This document shows positions 63,501-64,000 of a DNA stretch of 64,000 bases, one piece after another. How positions within the stretch are numbered: the first letter of the stretch is position 1; the number at the start of each line of letters is the position of its first letter. The notes under the pieces were generated by a model. It was given only the letters and a program-made list of their open reading frames with translations. It was not told the origin of the DNA and made no database searches. This DNA is from Eledone cirrhosa (Eukaryota). The translations under genes and the position numbers were made by a program. The DNA lies in assembly GCA_964016885.1 (NCBI GenBank), contig OZ024740.1, positions 137,082,001 through 137,146,000 of the forward strand, read 5' to 3'.

Positions 63501-64000
63501 TCTCTTATCACTTTTCTCTCAATCTCCAATTCTCTCTTTCTCTTATCCATTTTCTCTCAATCTGCAATTCTCTCTTTCTCTTCACACTTTTCCCCCAATC
63601 TCCAATTCTCTCATTCTCTTCACACTTTTCCCCCAATCTCCAATTCTCTCTTTCTCTTATCACTTTTCTCTCAATCTCCAATTCACTCTTTCTCTTATCA
63701 CTTTTCTCTCAATCTCCAACTCTCTCTTTCTCTTATCCCTTTTCTCTCAATCTCCAATTCTCTCTTTCTCTTCTCACTTTTCTCTCAATCTCCAATCCTC
63801 TCTTTCTGTTCTCAGTTTTCCCCCAATCTCCAATTCTCTATTTCTCTTAGCACTTTTCTCTCAATCCCCCATTCTCTCTCTCCCTTATCACTTTTCTCTC
63901 AATCTCCAATTCTCTCTTTCTCTTATCACTTTTCTCTCAAACTCCAATTCTCTCTTTCTCTCATCACATTTCTCTCAATCTCCAATTCTCTCTTTCTCTT
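60600..64000. repeat. More diverged, irregular satellite domain: same variant cassettes, more private substitutions, no long perfect period
   Basis: Private variants include CTCCCATTCT at 61061, a 25-bp truncated monomer at 62646-62670, AATTTCCAG at about 62786 and AAGTC at about 63300. The 2505 and 3938 registers are lost. Confidence 0.7.

Larger units (their letters stand above)
1..64000. repeat. 38-bp tandem satellite array (pyrimidine-rich + strand, GA-rich - strand), about 1,690 monomers, single orientation, extends beyond both window edges
   Basis: AATCTCCAATTCTCTCTTTCTCTTATCACTTTTCTCTC recurs every 38 bp (e.g. starts at 1621 and 1659) throughout. The ORF translations show a 38-aa periodicity (3 x 38 bp = 114 bp). 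No non-repeat sequence was seen. Confidence 0.99.

Noticed and set aside
1-64000. CRISPR array (repeat length of 38 bp is in the CRISPR range)
   Set aside because: Monomers are directly adjacent with no unique spacers, there is no palindromic repeat structure or leader, and no cas genes are present.
1-64000. Embedded transposon, inversion, RNA gene or unique island hidden in the array
   Set aside because: None was seen on reading through. The + strand stays G-poor and in the same register throughout, and an inversion or insertion would show as a G/A-rich or complex stretch.
1-64000. Programmed diversification or information-storage system (variant cassettes as a code)
   Set aside because: The variant patterns are adequately explained by point mutation plus nested duplication and conversion. 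No recombinase, reverse transcriptase or expression locus is present in the window.

Overview
The whole 64 kb window is one uninterrupted, head-to-tail satellite array of a 38-bp monomer, consensus AATCTCCAATTCTCTCTTTCTCTTATCACTTTTCTCTC (6 A, 13 C, 19 T, 0 G; about 1,690 copies). The array runs off both ends. I see no gene, RNA gene, transposon, unique spacer or inversion. The long + strand ORFs are by-products of a monomer with no stop codon in any + frame: three monomers (114 bp) give the 38-aa repeat SLNLQFSLSLITFLSISNSLFLLSLFSQSPILSFSYHF. The information lies in the ordering of monomer variants. Tracking rare variants by eye shows nested higher-order repeats (HORs). The two ends are irregular and older-looking. 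A 2.8-4.3 kb HOR family occupies about 13-28.5 kb, with an 11,307-bp register. A 6.1 kb tandem duplication occupies about 29.5-41.6 kb. A near-identical young core at about 38-58 kb has periods of 3335, 3938 (=3335+603) and 2505 bp and an internal 911-bp (24-mer) repeat. Rare variants shared between the left and right flanks suggest expansion from the inside, as described for centromeric satellites. I do not recognise the satellite family or the organism. It looks eukaryotic, and any centromeric or functional role is inference. All coordinates come from manual reading, so block boundaries are approximate to about one or two monomers.
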